Below the pieces are notes generated by a model. It was not told the DNA's origin. It did no database searches and worked only from the letters and a program-made list of their open reading frames with translations. The position numbers were made by a program, and so were the translations under genes. From Hydrolagus colliei (taxonomy: Eukaryota), in contig CM068745.1 in assembly GCA_035084275.1 (NCBI GenBank), forward strand, positions 41,726,001 through 41,790,000: 64,000 nt of DNA, in the 5' to 3' direction. Shown one piece after another: positions 48,770-62,152 of the stretch. Position 1 is the stretch's first letter, and each line of letters begins with the position of its first letter.

Positions 48770-51700
48770 ATTCCATCTAAACTCAGCAGCACATACTCTT
48801 CTCCTGCTCTACGCTGTGTTCTCAACCCTACCGGGTTCCACCTGCGCCCAGTATCCAAAGGGATGTACTTTAGTATCCTCATTGTTGCTTTTAAATCCCT
48901 TCATGGTCTTGAACCTCCCTACCTTTTTCTGCCAGTGCCCTCTGCTCTTATGACTCTGGTCCACTGCTCATTCTATCTCTTATCAGCTCTCTGTCCGACT
49001 ACTGATCATGGAACCTTCAGCCACTGTGCACTGTTCTCTGAAAGTTCCTCCCCAATTGCTCTTTCTTCCTACCTCTTAAAGCACTACCTGACTACGCTTT
49101 TGTCAGCCCCTTAAAATTCTGCTTTCCTCATATTCTGCTGAGTGTTTCCTTATCATCTCTGTGGAGAGTTTTAACAATGTTTCATCCTACAATGATAGGT
49201 GCTATATAAGCGCAAGGTATTTTTGATGACTATGTGTTTTGATGGCTTAAATAAACAATCATCATACTAATCCCTCAGTGTATCAGTCCCACAACAAAAC
49301 AACAAAGAAAGAGCAGAATCAGCAAAAGTAGCATTACTCCAATTAACATTTTTAAAAAGCAGGGACTATGTAATGAGGTCACAATATAAACAGATAAACA
49401 CATTTTTACTTAAGATGCTTTAAAAAATAGAGGATGTAAAAAATATTTTAAAGCTATTTTGTGAAGTACTGTACTTGGAAAAGGCATTAAAATAGCTACA
49501 TTGCCACCAAGAGGATTTTATAAAAATTAACACAACCATTGAATGCACAAAATATATACACACTATATGTCAGTACATAAATGTTTTCTTTTAACTTCAA
49601 ATGAATGGAAATTGCTATATTGCCCTCTAGAGGGAAATTGAGACAATGACCGTAACTAAAACTTGAATAATAATCGTAACAAATAAACGTTTTCACATTA
49701 TTCTTCACTCTGTTTCTTTATTTTTAAAGTACTTTCGCACAAAGGATTGACTCTAAGGAGCAGTGAGCATGACCATAAATATATTGAAAAATCCCCTTTA
49801 CTTGGAGTGTTGGTGTTCATTCAGTATTGCTTCCATACAGTGCTTATCACTTTACCCCTGCGCAAGTCTCTACCCATCATATATCTGTCTCCTTCCATTT
49901 TGTAACCCACAGTATAGTCTATCTCTACCAATATTTATTGTCTACTCCTTCCTTTCCAGTTTGGAAAATGTTTACAACTGTTCTTCATAGAATTCTTACT
50001 GAGACTTGAGATAAATTGGTCTTTCCATCCATCTCAATACGAGTACAAAAGAGTCTTAGCGGTAGCAATGGAAACCACACAGGCAATCCTAACTTGAGAA
50101 TGATCACGTTCAAACAAGATAGTTTTTTTTAACGTGTGCAGGCAGCAATGTCATGACCAACTTCTTTCAGTGTTGGGACACCTCATGAATGTAACATTTC
50201 AAAACTATTTCCAGAAGCGACGGTTTAGAAATGTTATTGCTAAAAGATTAACTCATGTTCTTAAGACTGGTAATAAAAGAGACTGTATTTTTATATCACC
50301 TTTTACATCAAACCACCTAAAAGTGCATTACAAAAACACCATTGAGTGCTTGAATGTTTTTGTAGACACAACGGTCATTTTTAGCACAGCCCAATCCCAG
50401 AAACAACCATGTTTGTCATAGAATCATAGAGTTATAAAGCCCCGAAGGAGGCCATTCGACCCATCATGTCAGTGCACGCTCTTTGAAAAGAGCTGTCCAA
50501 AGCAATCCCACTCCCCAGCTCGCTCTCCATAGCTCTGCACACCTGTCCACCCCAAACAACTATCTATCTAAATAATTATCTGGAAGATTGTTGACAAGGC
50601 AATGAAAGAAGTTCTGTTCATTTTTGAACAATGTCATGAGATTTTCAACTGAAGACGGGCAGAAAAAAGTCACTTGCATGTATCACTCCTCTAATGCAGT
50701 ATTGGAGGGTTAGCTTAGACAGTAAGCACCAGCCTGAACACACAACTTTCTTATCCAGAGGTAGATGTTAACAACTTCACCAAGCTGACATCCAGTAAAA
50801 GCATGAAACATGCAGATTATATATTAGTATATGAAGAAAAACTTAATTGATGATTATGGCTTTTAATGGAAGGTGCAAATGTATTTTTATATTGCTACAA
50901 TGCTCTTTAACTTCCCAAGATGCTGAGGCACAGTTTGCAACAATTACATAAATAGTTGTGGATGTTTTGGAGCATATGTATGTTGGTGGTTCAAATACCA
51001 ACCACCATAGCAGCCATGACAGCATTGTTTCTGAATAGGTATCGTATAAACCCCTAAAATTAAATCACAGCCTCATACTCATTCTCTTCCGATATTATCG
51101 TGAATTATGTTAAAAGTAAAATAACATTATGGAGTACTATGAGAGGCCAATATGAAACCGAACAATAATTTTGTGTGATTCACAGGAGATATGATGGGAT
51201 AAAGTTTTAAGTCATGACGTTTAAGCTGGTGTACTGACCGGGAACATAAATGGTGTACCAGATCGCTGCTATCCTTAATACTCCTAAAGTGGACATCAGC
51301 GAAACAACTGCAACAAAATTATACTTGTATAGAGATTTCACATCAGGAGGACGTCTCAAGGCGCTGGGTAGTCATTGTTTCAGTCCCGAGCTGGAGTTGG
51401 GGTCAGTGAGAGTGGAGGGAAAAGCAGGGCGGGATTTGGGGTGACCGATAGGACCATCGAGAGAAGGGTCTTAAGGTGGATCGAGTGTTGAAGGCAGCAC
51501 AGAGGTTGAGGAGGATAAGGAGATAGAGAGAGCCCTGGTTGCAGATGTTAAGAATGTCGTTAGAGACTTTGACAAGGGCTGTCTCCGTACTATGGGAAGC
51601 ACAGAAGCCAAAGTATAAATGATAAATTGTGTTATATAAGTTATAGATTAAGTGCAATTATAAATTGTAGGTCTAGAGTGGTGTGAAGTGCTTTGAGATG

Positions 51701-54089
51701 TTCTCCCAATGTGAAAAACATTACGTAAATTGTTGTTGTTGACACGCACTATTGAAATGGTGTGAATTCAAACACTTCCACAACACTGCCAAATACTTAC
51801 TATTGGGCCCATTCACTTGAATGCACATGTAGATTTCCATTCTGTTGTTTGCTATGAAACTTTGGGTGTATTTTACTGTAACAATAAAGTGAATTAACAG
51901 AAGTATTGGTGAAGTTATTCCTTTCAATAATCATTCATTGTTTAAATGAACCAAGGTACATTCAGACTGACATTTTTGGTTCAGATAACAGAAGAAATGT
52001 GGTGGCGGGTGGAATTTGAAGACAGTATTCATTCAAATGAACATATCTCAGTCTGTAAATGTAGAACTGGAAGGAAGCAGTCAAATTGCTGATACAGTAC
52101 ATTCATTAATGCATGAAAAAATAAACCCATATTCAATATAACAGTAATAATCAAATGAGGTTCATAGTGCACTGGTTATGCAATGTAACCTGTATTTTTT
52201 TAAAATCTACAATGGCTCACTGTGATGAATGTGACACACTGAGTGCTTATAAATCAGTCCACATGAATAGAGAGAGTCTGCACTCTCTGACAGCTGTATG
52301 AATCCTAAATACAATCTGGGCAATTGTAATGCAGTCTCTAGTGGCCATTTGTCCATACAACAAAGGTCCATAAATTGGAACAACTCAGCATTCAATTGGC
52401 ACATCACTGATGGGGAAGAGTTCTAATAATATGATAATAATTCTTGCATTTGGTATAGGGCCTCATCACATCTTTGAGATGTCTCAAATCACTTCACAGA
52501 ATACACTGTAAAGTGAATTGACTGCTTACTTTGTTGACAGCAAATTGTGCACACCAGTATGGCACAAACATTGTGGATTGGTGAATCCTGGGCCTCAAAC
52601 AAAATGTCTTACAAATAAACTTATCTAGGAGGTAGAACCTGAAAAGCATAATGACATTGAATTTTGAAACATATTTATGGTACCTTCATGAATTGAATTA
52701 TGTAATATAAAGAATGCATTGCTGCAAGAGTATCTTCTGAATGGCCTTTAACAGGACTATGATCAGATAAATTCATCTTCCGCACCCTTTTTATTGAAGC
52801 TTTTAACTCTGAGTAGAAATGCTGAGGGTAATGCTGATTTGGAATCTTTGGTGAGATTTCCTAACATTCTGTCCTTGTTTTCTCACATTTACATTTTCAC
52901 TAAGATTAGCTTGCACAGAAAACAAGTCAAGGTGACAACACAGACAACGCAATGAAATTGAAGTGCGCAATATATTGTGGCATAAGGAGGATCTCAAACA
53001 CACCTTTAACAAAATGAGGCATTTGTGTAAGAAAAACAGTTCAACAATAAACAACAGTTCATTCGACAATGAATTCCAATTGTATTGTGCATTTTACATC
53101 AGGAAGGCATCCCAAAATGCTGGATAGTCATGGATTTGGACTCGAGCAGGGGTTTTGGCATCAAAAGGGGTGGAGGAAGGGCAGGGAGAGCAGGCATAGG
53201 GCAGAGTTGTTCAGCAGAGGGAGTGGACAGGATGATATGATGTTAGCAGGTCACAGAAGTGGGAAGGAACAAGACGTGGAGGGTCTAAGTTCAAAACTTT
53301 TCACATTACCTGCAGCAGACACAACACTACTTTCTTACTCTTTTTGCACTTCCACTCCCCACCCCCCATGCACTATTCAGTCTTACAGCTCCCAGAATAC
53401 ATCAGACTGCTGATGCTGCAAGGCTCATAGTGGCATTAGGGGTCTCTGCTCACTGTTGCTTGACATCTCCCTGAATGATGATCAGACCCAAAGTAAATCC
53501 TCCTTCCATCCCACTCCTGTCTGTTAAAATATTTTCTAATGCAAGGAAATTATGGAATTTCTTAGGTCTAAAATCTAGAGGATTCCTCTGCTGCTTCTGG
53601 CCTTTCTGGAGCTAATATCCGTTTGGAGGAGCAGCTATTAGTGGTTGCTGAATCAAGAGACGAATGCCTTATATCTTGTCTCATGTATCTTTGTTTTTCT
53701 TCTTGTTTACTTTCTTCTAGTATTACTCAAATCAACAATTTAATTCGCAGTCCACACACTACGGCACTTTTGTTGCGTTGAAGTAGGTACCATCCTTCAG
53801 ACCAATCTTAAACCTGTCTGCCTGCTCGGATGGTTAAACATTCTATAGCATTATTCAAAAACAGATGGGAGTTTCTCTTGGTGTCCTGGCCAACAAATGC
53901 CCTAATTAAAATTGGACACTCTCTCTCTCCGTGGATGTTTGTGGGACATTGTTGTATGTAAACAGGCTGTCTGATTTCTCCCACAAGATATGTAATCAGT
54001 TCATTTTGCAGTGTATCCTGTGAAATGCTTTAAGACAGCTCAACAACGTAATAAGGCAAGGGTTATTATTATCACCTTTGTGCCCTTCT

Positions 54090-54842
54090 TAAACCTTACC
54101 AACCCGTCCACTCCCTCCGCTTGCCAGGAACTGACCTGCTTCACAACTGCTCCCTGCCACCACCATCGGCAATCAGGCTTTCTTCCCCCACTTTCTGGAA
54201 TTGCATCCCAGAGTCCCTTCATCTCATCCCCTTTCATTGTGGCTTCAGCCATCTTCCCACCCCTATTCCCTATGCCCCCACCCACTTGAAACAATTCCCT
54301 CAACCATCCAATAGCTTAGATCATCCTTCCAATGTGAAAGGTGCAATTTGGAATTTGTTGTTGTTATTATTATTATTCAATATTCAACAGCAGATTTTAA
54401 TGACTTGTCAGAATTTGAAAATATTCGTTTAAAATTTGTAAACTCCATGAACCTTGTTTGCAAATTCCTCCACTCCTCTGCACCCCGCTACCTCTCCAAC
54501 TGCCTTTCTCCTCAAAACAGCACCCATGTCTTCGCTTTACCGAGTCCGGCCTCCTCCTTGACCTCCAAATCCTCCGCTCCACCATTGGGGGCCGTGCTTT
54601 CAGCCACTATTCCCCGAGGCTCTGGAACTCCCTTCCTCACTCCCTTCACCTTGCCCCTCTCTTCCCAGTTTCAGGTCTCGGCTAAAGAGGGCATAATTGT
54701 TCTCTTCTCTTCGACCGCGCCTTCAGTAACCTTTCTCCCCCGGCCCCTGGCTCGCCCCTGGGATTTGTTATTGTGAAGCACTCTGAGACACCATCCAGTG
54801 TAGAGGGCGCTATATAAATCAAAGTTGTTGTTGTTGTTGAAG
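54090..54842 (+). mobile_element. Two tandem L2 3' fragments; other short L2 tails near 4180-4370, 9340-9430, 19560-19690, 27220-27330, 51310-51570, 53060-53250, 62720-62930
   Basis: Motif ccaccat(t)ggyggccgtgctttcagc and gtgaaaggtgc..gttgttg tails. Confidence 0.78.
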
Positions 54843-55648
54843 CCCACATTCTTCAAAAGGATACCAATTTTAGGAATCATTTTATTTTTTACACTAGAAT
54901 AATTGGGGAATGAATGTACAAATGAAGCTAATCCTATCTCCCTATATATCAATTATGCTAGTCAGTATATTACATTCATTACTGTATAAACTGTTACCAG
55001 GGAAACCGGTCAGGCCAGAGATTGGCAGGGGACGTATTGCTGCAGTCTGTCTAACCTGCTCGCCTATAAGAACAATAGCCTAACAGTACATAATTGAAAC
55101 AGAAATAATGGGAAGAAATTTCCAACATTACCACAAAAATGATAATGACCACAAAGAATACTTAATTAAACAATGAATGTTTGAACAATTATGCCCTGCT
55201 CCACTGACATGTTACCCTTCCCATCAGATCCCCGCTCCCTACTGATTCCAATCGCTATGAGCTCTATCTTGGTTTTGGGTCCACCGAGGCTCAGTCCCAT
55301 CTGCCATCCAGCAGGCAAATTTTGAGTCAAGGAGAAGAGGGAACTATTTTAATATAAATTGGTCTCCTGTTCTGCTCTACTGAAATATTGAGGGTTTGTT
55401 CAGCATGGATTCCCACAGGCTTGAAATTTCAGCTCAATATTTTCAAAATTACTTTAACACAATGCATTGATTGCTTCTAAAATGTAATGAATCAATAATT
55501 TAATGTGTTTGATATTAAATATGATAAGATGATTTACATTTTATATTGAAGTGGACACCACATGTATAAGTACACGTTTGCTTGTGCATTGCACATTTGT
55601 TCATTCTTTCCATTTTTGCCCCATATTGTTTTAACATTCTTAATACTG

Positions 55649-55956
55649 TAATAATAATAATAATTCTTTCATTTGATAGCACTTTTCATGTCTTCTAGAC
55701 ATCTCAAAGCGCTTCATAGAATATACTGTAAAGTAAATTGACTGTATATTTGTGGGCTAAATGTGGCAGCCAATTGCCACACCGCAGCATCCCACAAACA
55801 GTCGTGGATTGAAATAACCAATTTTTTTTGGAGAGATTATTATTAGGTGTGTGGAGTAAGGAAACTTGCCCATGGTTTCGCCCTGACCTGCCTGGATTCA
55901 AAGATAGGTCTCACGCTTGTAAGGCAAGTGCTCTAACCACTAAGCTACAGGACTCC
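55649..55956 (-). mobile_element. Same SINE family
   Basis: Tail, core and head present. Confidence 0.9.
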
Positions 55957-56544
55957 GCTGCCCTTAAAATGAGCATACATCCCAATGTACATAATATAGT
56001 TTTACTTTGACATCTTACTCTATTTTTACTTCCTTAATCATTTTAATATGTTTTCCTAATGGTGTCAATCATAACATAGACAATTTTATATAAAACACAC
56101 ACTTACCGTTTGCATTAAGCATGAAAAAAACAGATGAATGCTGAATGAATTGACAAAACCGACAGAATGCATTTCAGTTTGTATGGTTGGTGGGTGGGGG
56201 TGGACGCGATGTGGTATAAATTCCACCAACACAAAAGAATGGTTCTGCAGACAAATGTAATGCAAATATTATATCCTCCTATTCTCATTACATCTGCTGG
56301 CGCCTACACAATCACCCATGCTCTTTTTAGCATCAGATAAAATCTGAAGGCATGGCAGTACTTGAAATTTTTTAAGGGGTTAATTCAAACTTCAAAATGA
56401 ATGGATTACATGTAACTTCACTAAGATAGATACATTTGATGGTAATCTTTAGTTATTCAGTTTGTCTTAATTCTTCTTTCAAATTTTGCTGGTTGATAGA
56501 GTATGACTAAACTGTGAGTATACTTTTGCAATGCTAACATTAGG

Positions 56545-56860
56545 ATAATAATAATATTAATAATCCTTGCATTTCATTTCGTGCTTTTCACATCTTCCAG
56601 ACATCTGAAAGCGCTTTCCAGAACATACTGTAAAGTGAATTGATTATATTTGTGGGCGAAACATGGCAGCCAATTGCACACAGCATTGTCCCGCAAACAG
56701 CCGTGGATTGAAATGACCAATTAAAAAAAAAGAATTGGGAGGGATTATTATCAGTTGTGTGGAGTAAGGAAACTTGCCCAAGGTTTTGCCCCGCCTGGAA
56801 ATGAACCCAGGTCACTTGCATGCAAGTCAAGTACTCTAACCACTGATTTACAGGATTCCA
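56545..56860 (-). mobile_element. Same SINE family
   Basis: Tail, core and head present. Confidence 0.88.
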
Positions 56861-57016
56861 TGTGACAATACATCCGTGCAGAAGAAGAATTTCTGGAGGT
56901 TCTGTTTGGATCAGAGAATATTAATCTGCAAAATTATATGGAGCTGGGTATCAAAAGCATTGTTAAACCCTCTGAGATGCCACCTGGCATGGAGGGCGCA
57001 ATATAAATGCAAGCTG

Positions 57017-57353
57017 GTGGAGTCCTATAGCTCAGTGGTTAGAGCACTCATCTTACAAGCATGAGACTTGTGTATCAAATCTAAGCAGGTCAGAGCGAAA
57101 CCTTGGGCAAGTTTCCTTACTATTAATAATAATTATTACTATATGCCTAATAATAATCCGTGCAAAAAAAATCAATAATAAATTGGTCATTTCAATCCAC
57201 AACTGTTTGTGGGGCATTGCTGTGCACAATTGGCTGGCACGTTTCGCCCACAAATATACAGTCAATTCACTTTACAGTATATCCTGTGAAGTACTTTGAG
57301 ATGACGAGAAGACGTGAAAAGCATGATAGCAAAATCCAAGGATTATTATTATT
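57017..57353 (+). mobile_element. Same SINE family
   Basis: Head, core and tail present. Confidence 0.88.
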
Positions 57354-58495
57354 GTTGCTGTTCCACTTCCGTGAGCGGGTAATAAACTAGGGAGACATTC
57401 GAAGCAGAAAATGTTGTTTGTTTCAAGAACAAATTAGATTTCTGCTAAACAAAAATAATGTCTAGGGAAACAGTATATAGTTTGGGAAACAAGATGTCAA
57501 GCAACCGCCACAGTGGTGGAAGGCGAACTAGATGGACCTTGTTCTTCTTTCACCTCCTTATGTTCTTATATGGCATTGCAAAGGTTTAGAGTAAATTCCA
57601 GCCACAGAGCAAACCAGTTCTTCCTGCTGCACCTTTGCCAACTACCAAGCCAGTTACTAAGCAACTGCCAGCTATGCAATGAAAGGTCATGAACTGCTGC
57701 CTTGACAAGCAAGTGAGGAAGTTGCTAAGCTGTATTATGCAATTATTTAACATCAACTGGAGGCCTTGCTGGAGCAACAATGTCTACACCATGAACAAAC
57801 AAAACACTGCTATATTTTACATTCGATTAAAAGTCAGCTCTTTAACACCAATGAAACAAAACCTCTGATATCATTTATTTTTCAACAGTTCCTCCACTTG
57901 CAGGCCAAGAGGCACCCAACACTGCAAACTGACAATACCAACATAGTGTGCATTTACTATCCTTTTTTTTGACAACTTTCACTCGAATCATCCATGACTA
58001 CACATGCAATTCAAAGAATTGTTGGAATTGTAGCACTGGAATATTTTTGGAATATTTATTGGAATATATGCTTTGTGGAGGACAAGCAGTTGAACACTTT
58101 AATTTCATGTCTGCAGGCTCTCTAGCTCTCACAGTAGTAAGCGTTGAGATCCACTACTATCTAAATGCTCCTTAGATAAAGTATGGCTCACGTAGAACTC
58201 AGCTCCATGAAAAACATACCACACAAAGATAATCTGCAGCTGCTCTCAGTGCTAAATGTAGCTGTGCCACAATTATCAGCTCCTGATCAGAGGGCTTCTT
58301 CATATCCCTTCTCCTGCCCTGCCCCCCACACACATATCCCCGTCATAACCCCACATCAGGAACATTATTGCTTATTTTATGCATATCTTATTCCAAGTGC
58401 TCAGGAAGATTTTCTATTAGATAATTAGCTTTTGGGGAACTATGGTGTGCGCTCTTACTCCAATGCACATTATTGCCTCTTTGTAAGATTGCATA

Positions 58496-59420
58496 CAGGT
58501 AAGCCCCGATTTAGGATGCTTCTATTTAGGATGTTTCAGTTGAATGAACAGGATTTTGTAACACCTTCTTATCGATATAGGACACTTGGTTTCATTTTAA
58601 CGAACAAAATTCTTTTTTGAGCATGCGCAGTACGTACTTTGAATATCGCAGGTGTTTTTGGTGTATCCTTTTTGTTCATACACAGTCCATAGTGTGTTCG
58701 CGGGTAAATTACATTTGCACCTGATATAGTGTATCCAAGTGTTTGAACTGGCCAATAGCACATTGTTAGGTCATTATTTAAAAGCCTTTAAAAAGCGACA
58801 CCGCACCACGTCAGTATTACAGTAATTTCCTAACATTCCTGAGCAACTTCGGGCGATTTACAGCCTCTACCGCTTTTATACCAAGTCGGGAAAAGAGAGC
58901 AGTAAGGGAAATGAGCAGCGGTAATACCGCTAGCGGCCAGAAACCCCGCAAAGTCATCACTTTAAATACTAAATTGGAGGTGGTAAAGCACATCAAGTCT
59001 GGCAAAAAAGGTACGGACGTCGGGAGGACTTTAGGGCCAGCTAGATTAATAGTGGCTACTATAAAACAGAATAAGGACAATATACTGGCAAGTTCAAGGT
59101 GTGTTACAGGTACAGGTGCAAGCAGATTAGCAAAACATAGGATTGTATTAAAGTTTGCCAGTATTAAAGTACAATACTGTAAGTTACCACAAATACGCCT
59201 TCTTGCCTATGTGTGTTATTTTGTCTGTTTTGTGTGTCATTTTGTGTGTTTTATGTGTTGTATGTTATTTAGTGAGTTTAAGGTCTGAAAATTTTGTGAA
59301 AAGAACGCATCTCGGGTTATATAATGGGACTGCATGGGAAACCGCATTTCGATTTAGGACATTTCGATCTGAGAATCGTTTTTCAGGAACTCAACCCCAT
59401 CCTAAATAGAGGTTTATCTG
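58496..59420 (+). mobile_element. Internally deleted Tigger element
   Basis: TA flanks; TIRs CAGGTAAGCCCCGATTTAGGATG / CAGATAAACCTCTATTTAGGATG; repeated TTTAGGA subterminal words. Confidence 0.9.
58911..59288 (+). pseudogene. Truncated Tigger transposase: N-terminal CENP-B/psq-type HTH only
   Basis: RKVITLNTKLEVVKHIKSGKKGTDVGRTLG..VATIKQNKDNI matches the Tigger/TIGD N-terminal HTH pattern; homology is lost after about 59140. Confidence 0.85.
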
Positions 59421-61810
59421 TACTATCAAACTGATAAAGAGTTCACATGATTCATTAGGATATCTTGGCAGTTCTGAAGCAATGATTCTCTGGTTCACTT
59501 GGGAGGAGCACTCCAGTATTACACCTATAAACTTGAGGGTTTTATTGTTTATCACATTTCGCTCAACATGATAATATTTGTGGTATTCCTTTCGTAATCA
59601 ATACAAGGAATGAATGGGTTAATAAGTTCTGTAATTTACTGTTTCTTAATTAGACCCACCCTTGCTAATGCTTGTATGTGAAGAACATAATTTAGGTTAC
59701 AGTGCTGTGTATCCACATCCCAACTGTACATGGCAACTTATCCACATCAGAATGCAAAATTAGAGGGAAGAAAAGAAGGGTTGGCACAAAATGATACAAT
59801 TCTACAGTGATAGAATAATTGATGGGATGATGTTTTAGTAAGCACTGTAGCCAATTGTTTTTTGTGCCATGACCAGTAATCTGCTCAGTTTCCATTTTTC
59901 TAATGAGCCCAATAGTACATATATCCAGATCTCCACTGCAAATGATAAATTGTTTCTGGCAAATTATTTCCTGAGGTGTAACTCCAAATACCTTACTGTT
60001 TTGCTGATCACTGGTTGCTACAGACGTTTTCTGCAATGCACAATTGGAACACCATTTTCATGTGCTGTTGTCAAATTAGCAGCTTGCTTAAGCAATTTAA
60101 AGCACCACTAATTTTGTTATTACCATTACTCCCCCATTGGCTCAAATTTCAGTGTTAGGTTTAACACTTACATAGTTTCAATTAGCACTGAGTGAAATAC
60201 CAGCACATAACTTGGTTGGCGCTATGAAAAACATAAGTTATATATGCAATCCATTTAGTACATGCATTGAATGTGTTGCAAGATCTCACCCCTGAGATCT
60301 ATCTATCACAACTGAAACACACTAACTGCTGGCATGTGACTGAAGCAGATGAATTTAACCCGAAGATTACTGGCTACTCAAAGCAATTGCAGTTCTGATC
60401 AAAGCTGGTTGTTTTATTTTAAAAGGTTTATAGAATAGCACATAATAAACCTGAAAGAAATCCAACCCTCAAGCTCAAAGTCAGGACAACGATCTCACAA
60501 TTTAACCGGAAACTCTGATCAGTGCTGGGGGAGCATTGCATTGTTGGATGTGCCATCCTTTGGAATGAGACATCAAACCGAGCTAAAGTCTCCCTGATGT
60601 TCAAGATGTCATACTGTTATTCAAGAAGAGAAGAGTTTCTCCTGGTGTACTAGCCAACAATTATTCAGATACAAATGGTCATTCACTTTACGGTTGTGGG
60701 GCACTGGTATGTGTAAATTGGCTACCATATTAGCCTTCAAAATACACAGTCACTATGCCATGCAGTAAATCCTGTGAAAATCATTGAAACATTCTGATGA
60801 TGTGATGAACGCTATTGCTAGAATTAAAGATACCCAGACATAACCAGTTAACCAGACATCAAGAATATCATTATTACTGTTAATATTGGGGGGATATTTG
60901 TACGTCCATAATTGGGTTTTTTAACGGTAATTATTGCCATACGCTATTAGTCCTTCGGATATGACCAAGGTCCCAGGGCATTCTGAAAAAAGAAATGAGT
61001 TTCTATTGATATCCTTGCCACAGTCCCCAATAAAATTGATTATTCACTTTAGGGCTGGTTATGCTGTCCACCTAAAAATATATCAATACAGTACTACACT
61101 TCACAGTAAAATCCTGTGAAGGATTTCACATGAGATATTCACAGAAGGATTTCTTTGAGACATCTCGATAATCTGATAAGAAGTTGCTTGCTTGTCTAAT
61201 GGTGAGTACTGATTGTATGTACACAAGGATAGAATTTGCAATGGTTTGGTGTTTGACACCAAATAAACACTAGGTGGTAGCAAATCCGTCACAGAGAGTG
61301 GTTTTCCGCACCAGCTTCTTTCTCAGATGATCAGCCGACATTTTAAGAATGTTTAGATTACATTCTACATTTCACTATATTGTTTGATGAAGAAAAGCAA
61401 ATTCTCTCTGAACCACAAATACATTTTTTGCCATTCATGGGGCACAAGCTCAAATAGTAAAACATATTTGTGTGCTTCTTCATTAGATCATTTCTAGAAG
61501 TTAAATATTCGACAAAAGTATTAAATTTAACCATGTTCCAGTGACTAGAATATAATGTACAAAAAAATGCAGTGTAATAGGAGTATATCACGATAAGGAG
61601 GAGATTATATGGGCCCTAGGGCTTTCTTTATCCAAACAAGAGTCTTGTGAACTTGAAGTTTTCGACCGATCATTTGAGAAAGCGGCAGATGGAAGAAACT
61701 ATTCTGGGAGAGGTATGCTATCCCCTCGTGGTCAGAAAAATGGTAAAGACTGAACCATCGCAAATTATGTCCTTGAGTTAATTAGCTATTGTATTAATTA
61801 CAACACTGTG

Positions 61811-62152
61811 ATAATAATAATCCTTCAATTTTATATAGTGCTTTTCACTTCTAGGTGTTTCAAAGTGCTTCATAGAATATACTGTAAAGTGAAATGACTG
61901 TATATTTGTGGTTGAAACATTGCAGCCAATTGTACAAAGCAATGTTCCACAGACAGTTGTGAATTAAGAGACCAATTTTTTTATGAAGGGGTTATTATCC
62001 ACTGAAAAGTAATATGCTAACCGTCTAACAACCAGGTTCCTACTTACTGCCAGGTAAACTGGCATGGGATTAAAGAAATTTGCCTAATGTTTTACCCTGC
62101 CTGAGATTCAAACCCTAGTCTTCTTATTGGTGAGGTGAGTGCTCTAACCAAT
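61811..62152 (-). mobile_element. Same SINE family, long variant
   Basis: Extra internal segment at about 61999-62066; diverged copy. Confidence 0.8.

Noticed and set aside
52904-53025. Exon-like segment encoding ..QRNEIEVRNILWHKEDLKHTF..
   Set aside because: In-frame stop, phase incompatible with neighbouring candidates, and no recognisable family.
57580-58400. Possible decayed Harbinger-like coding relic
   Set aside because: Only scattered 3-4 residue resemblances, and no TIR/TSD was found.
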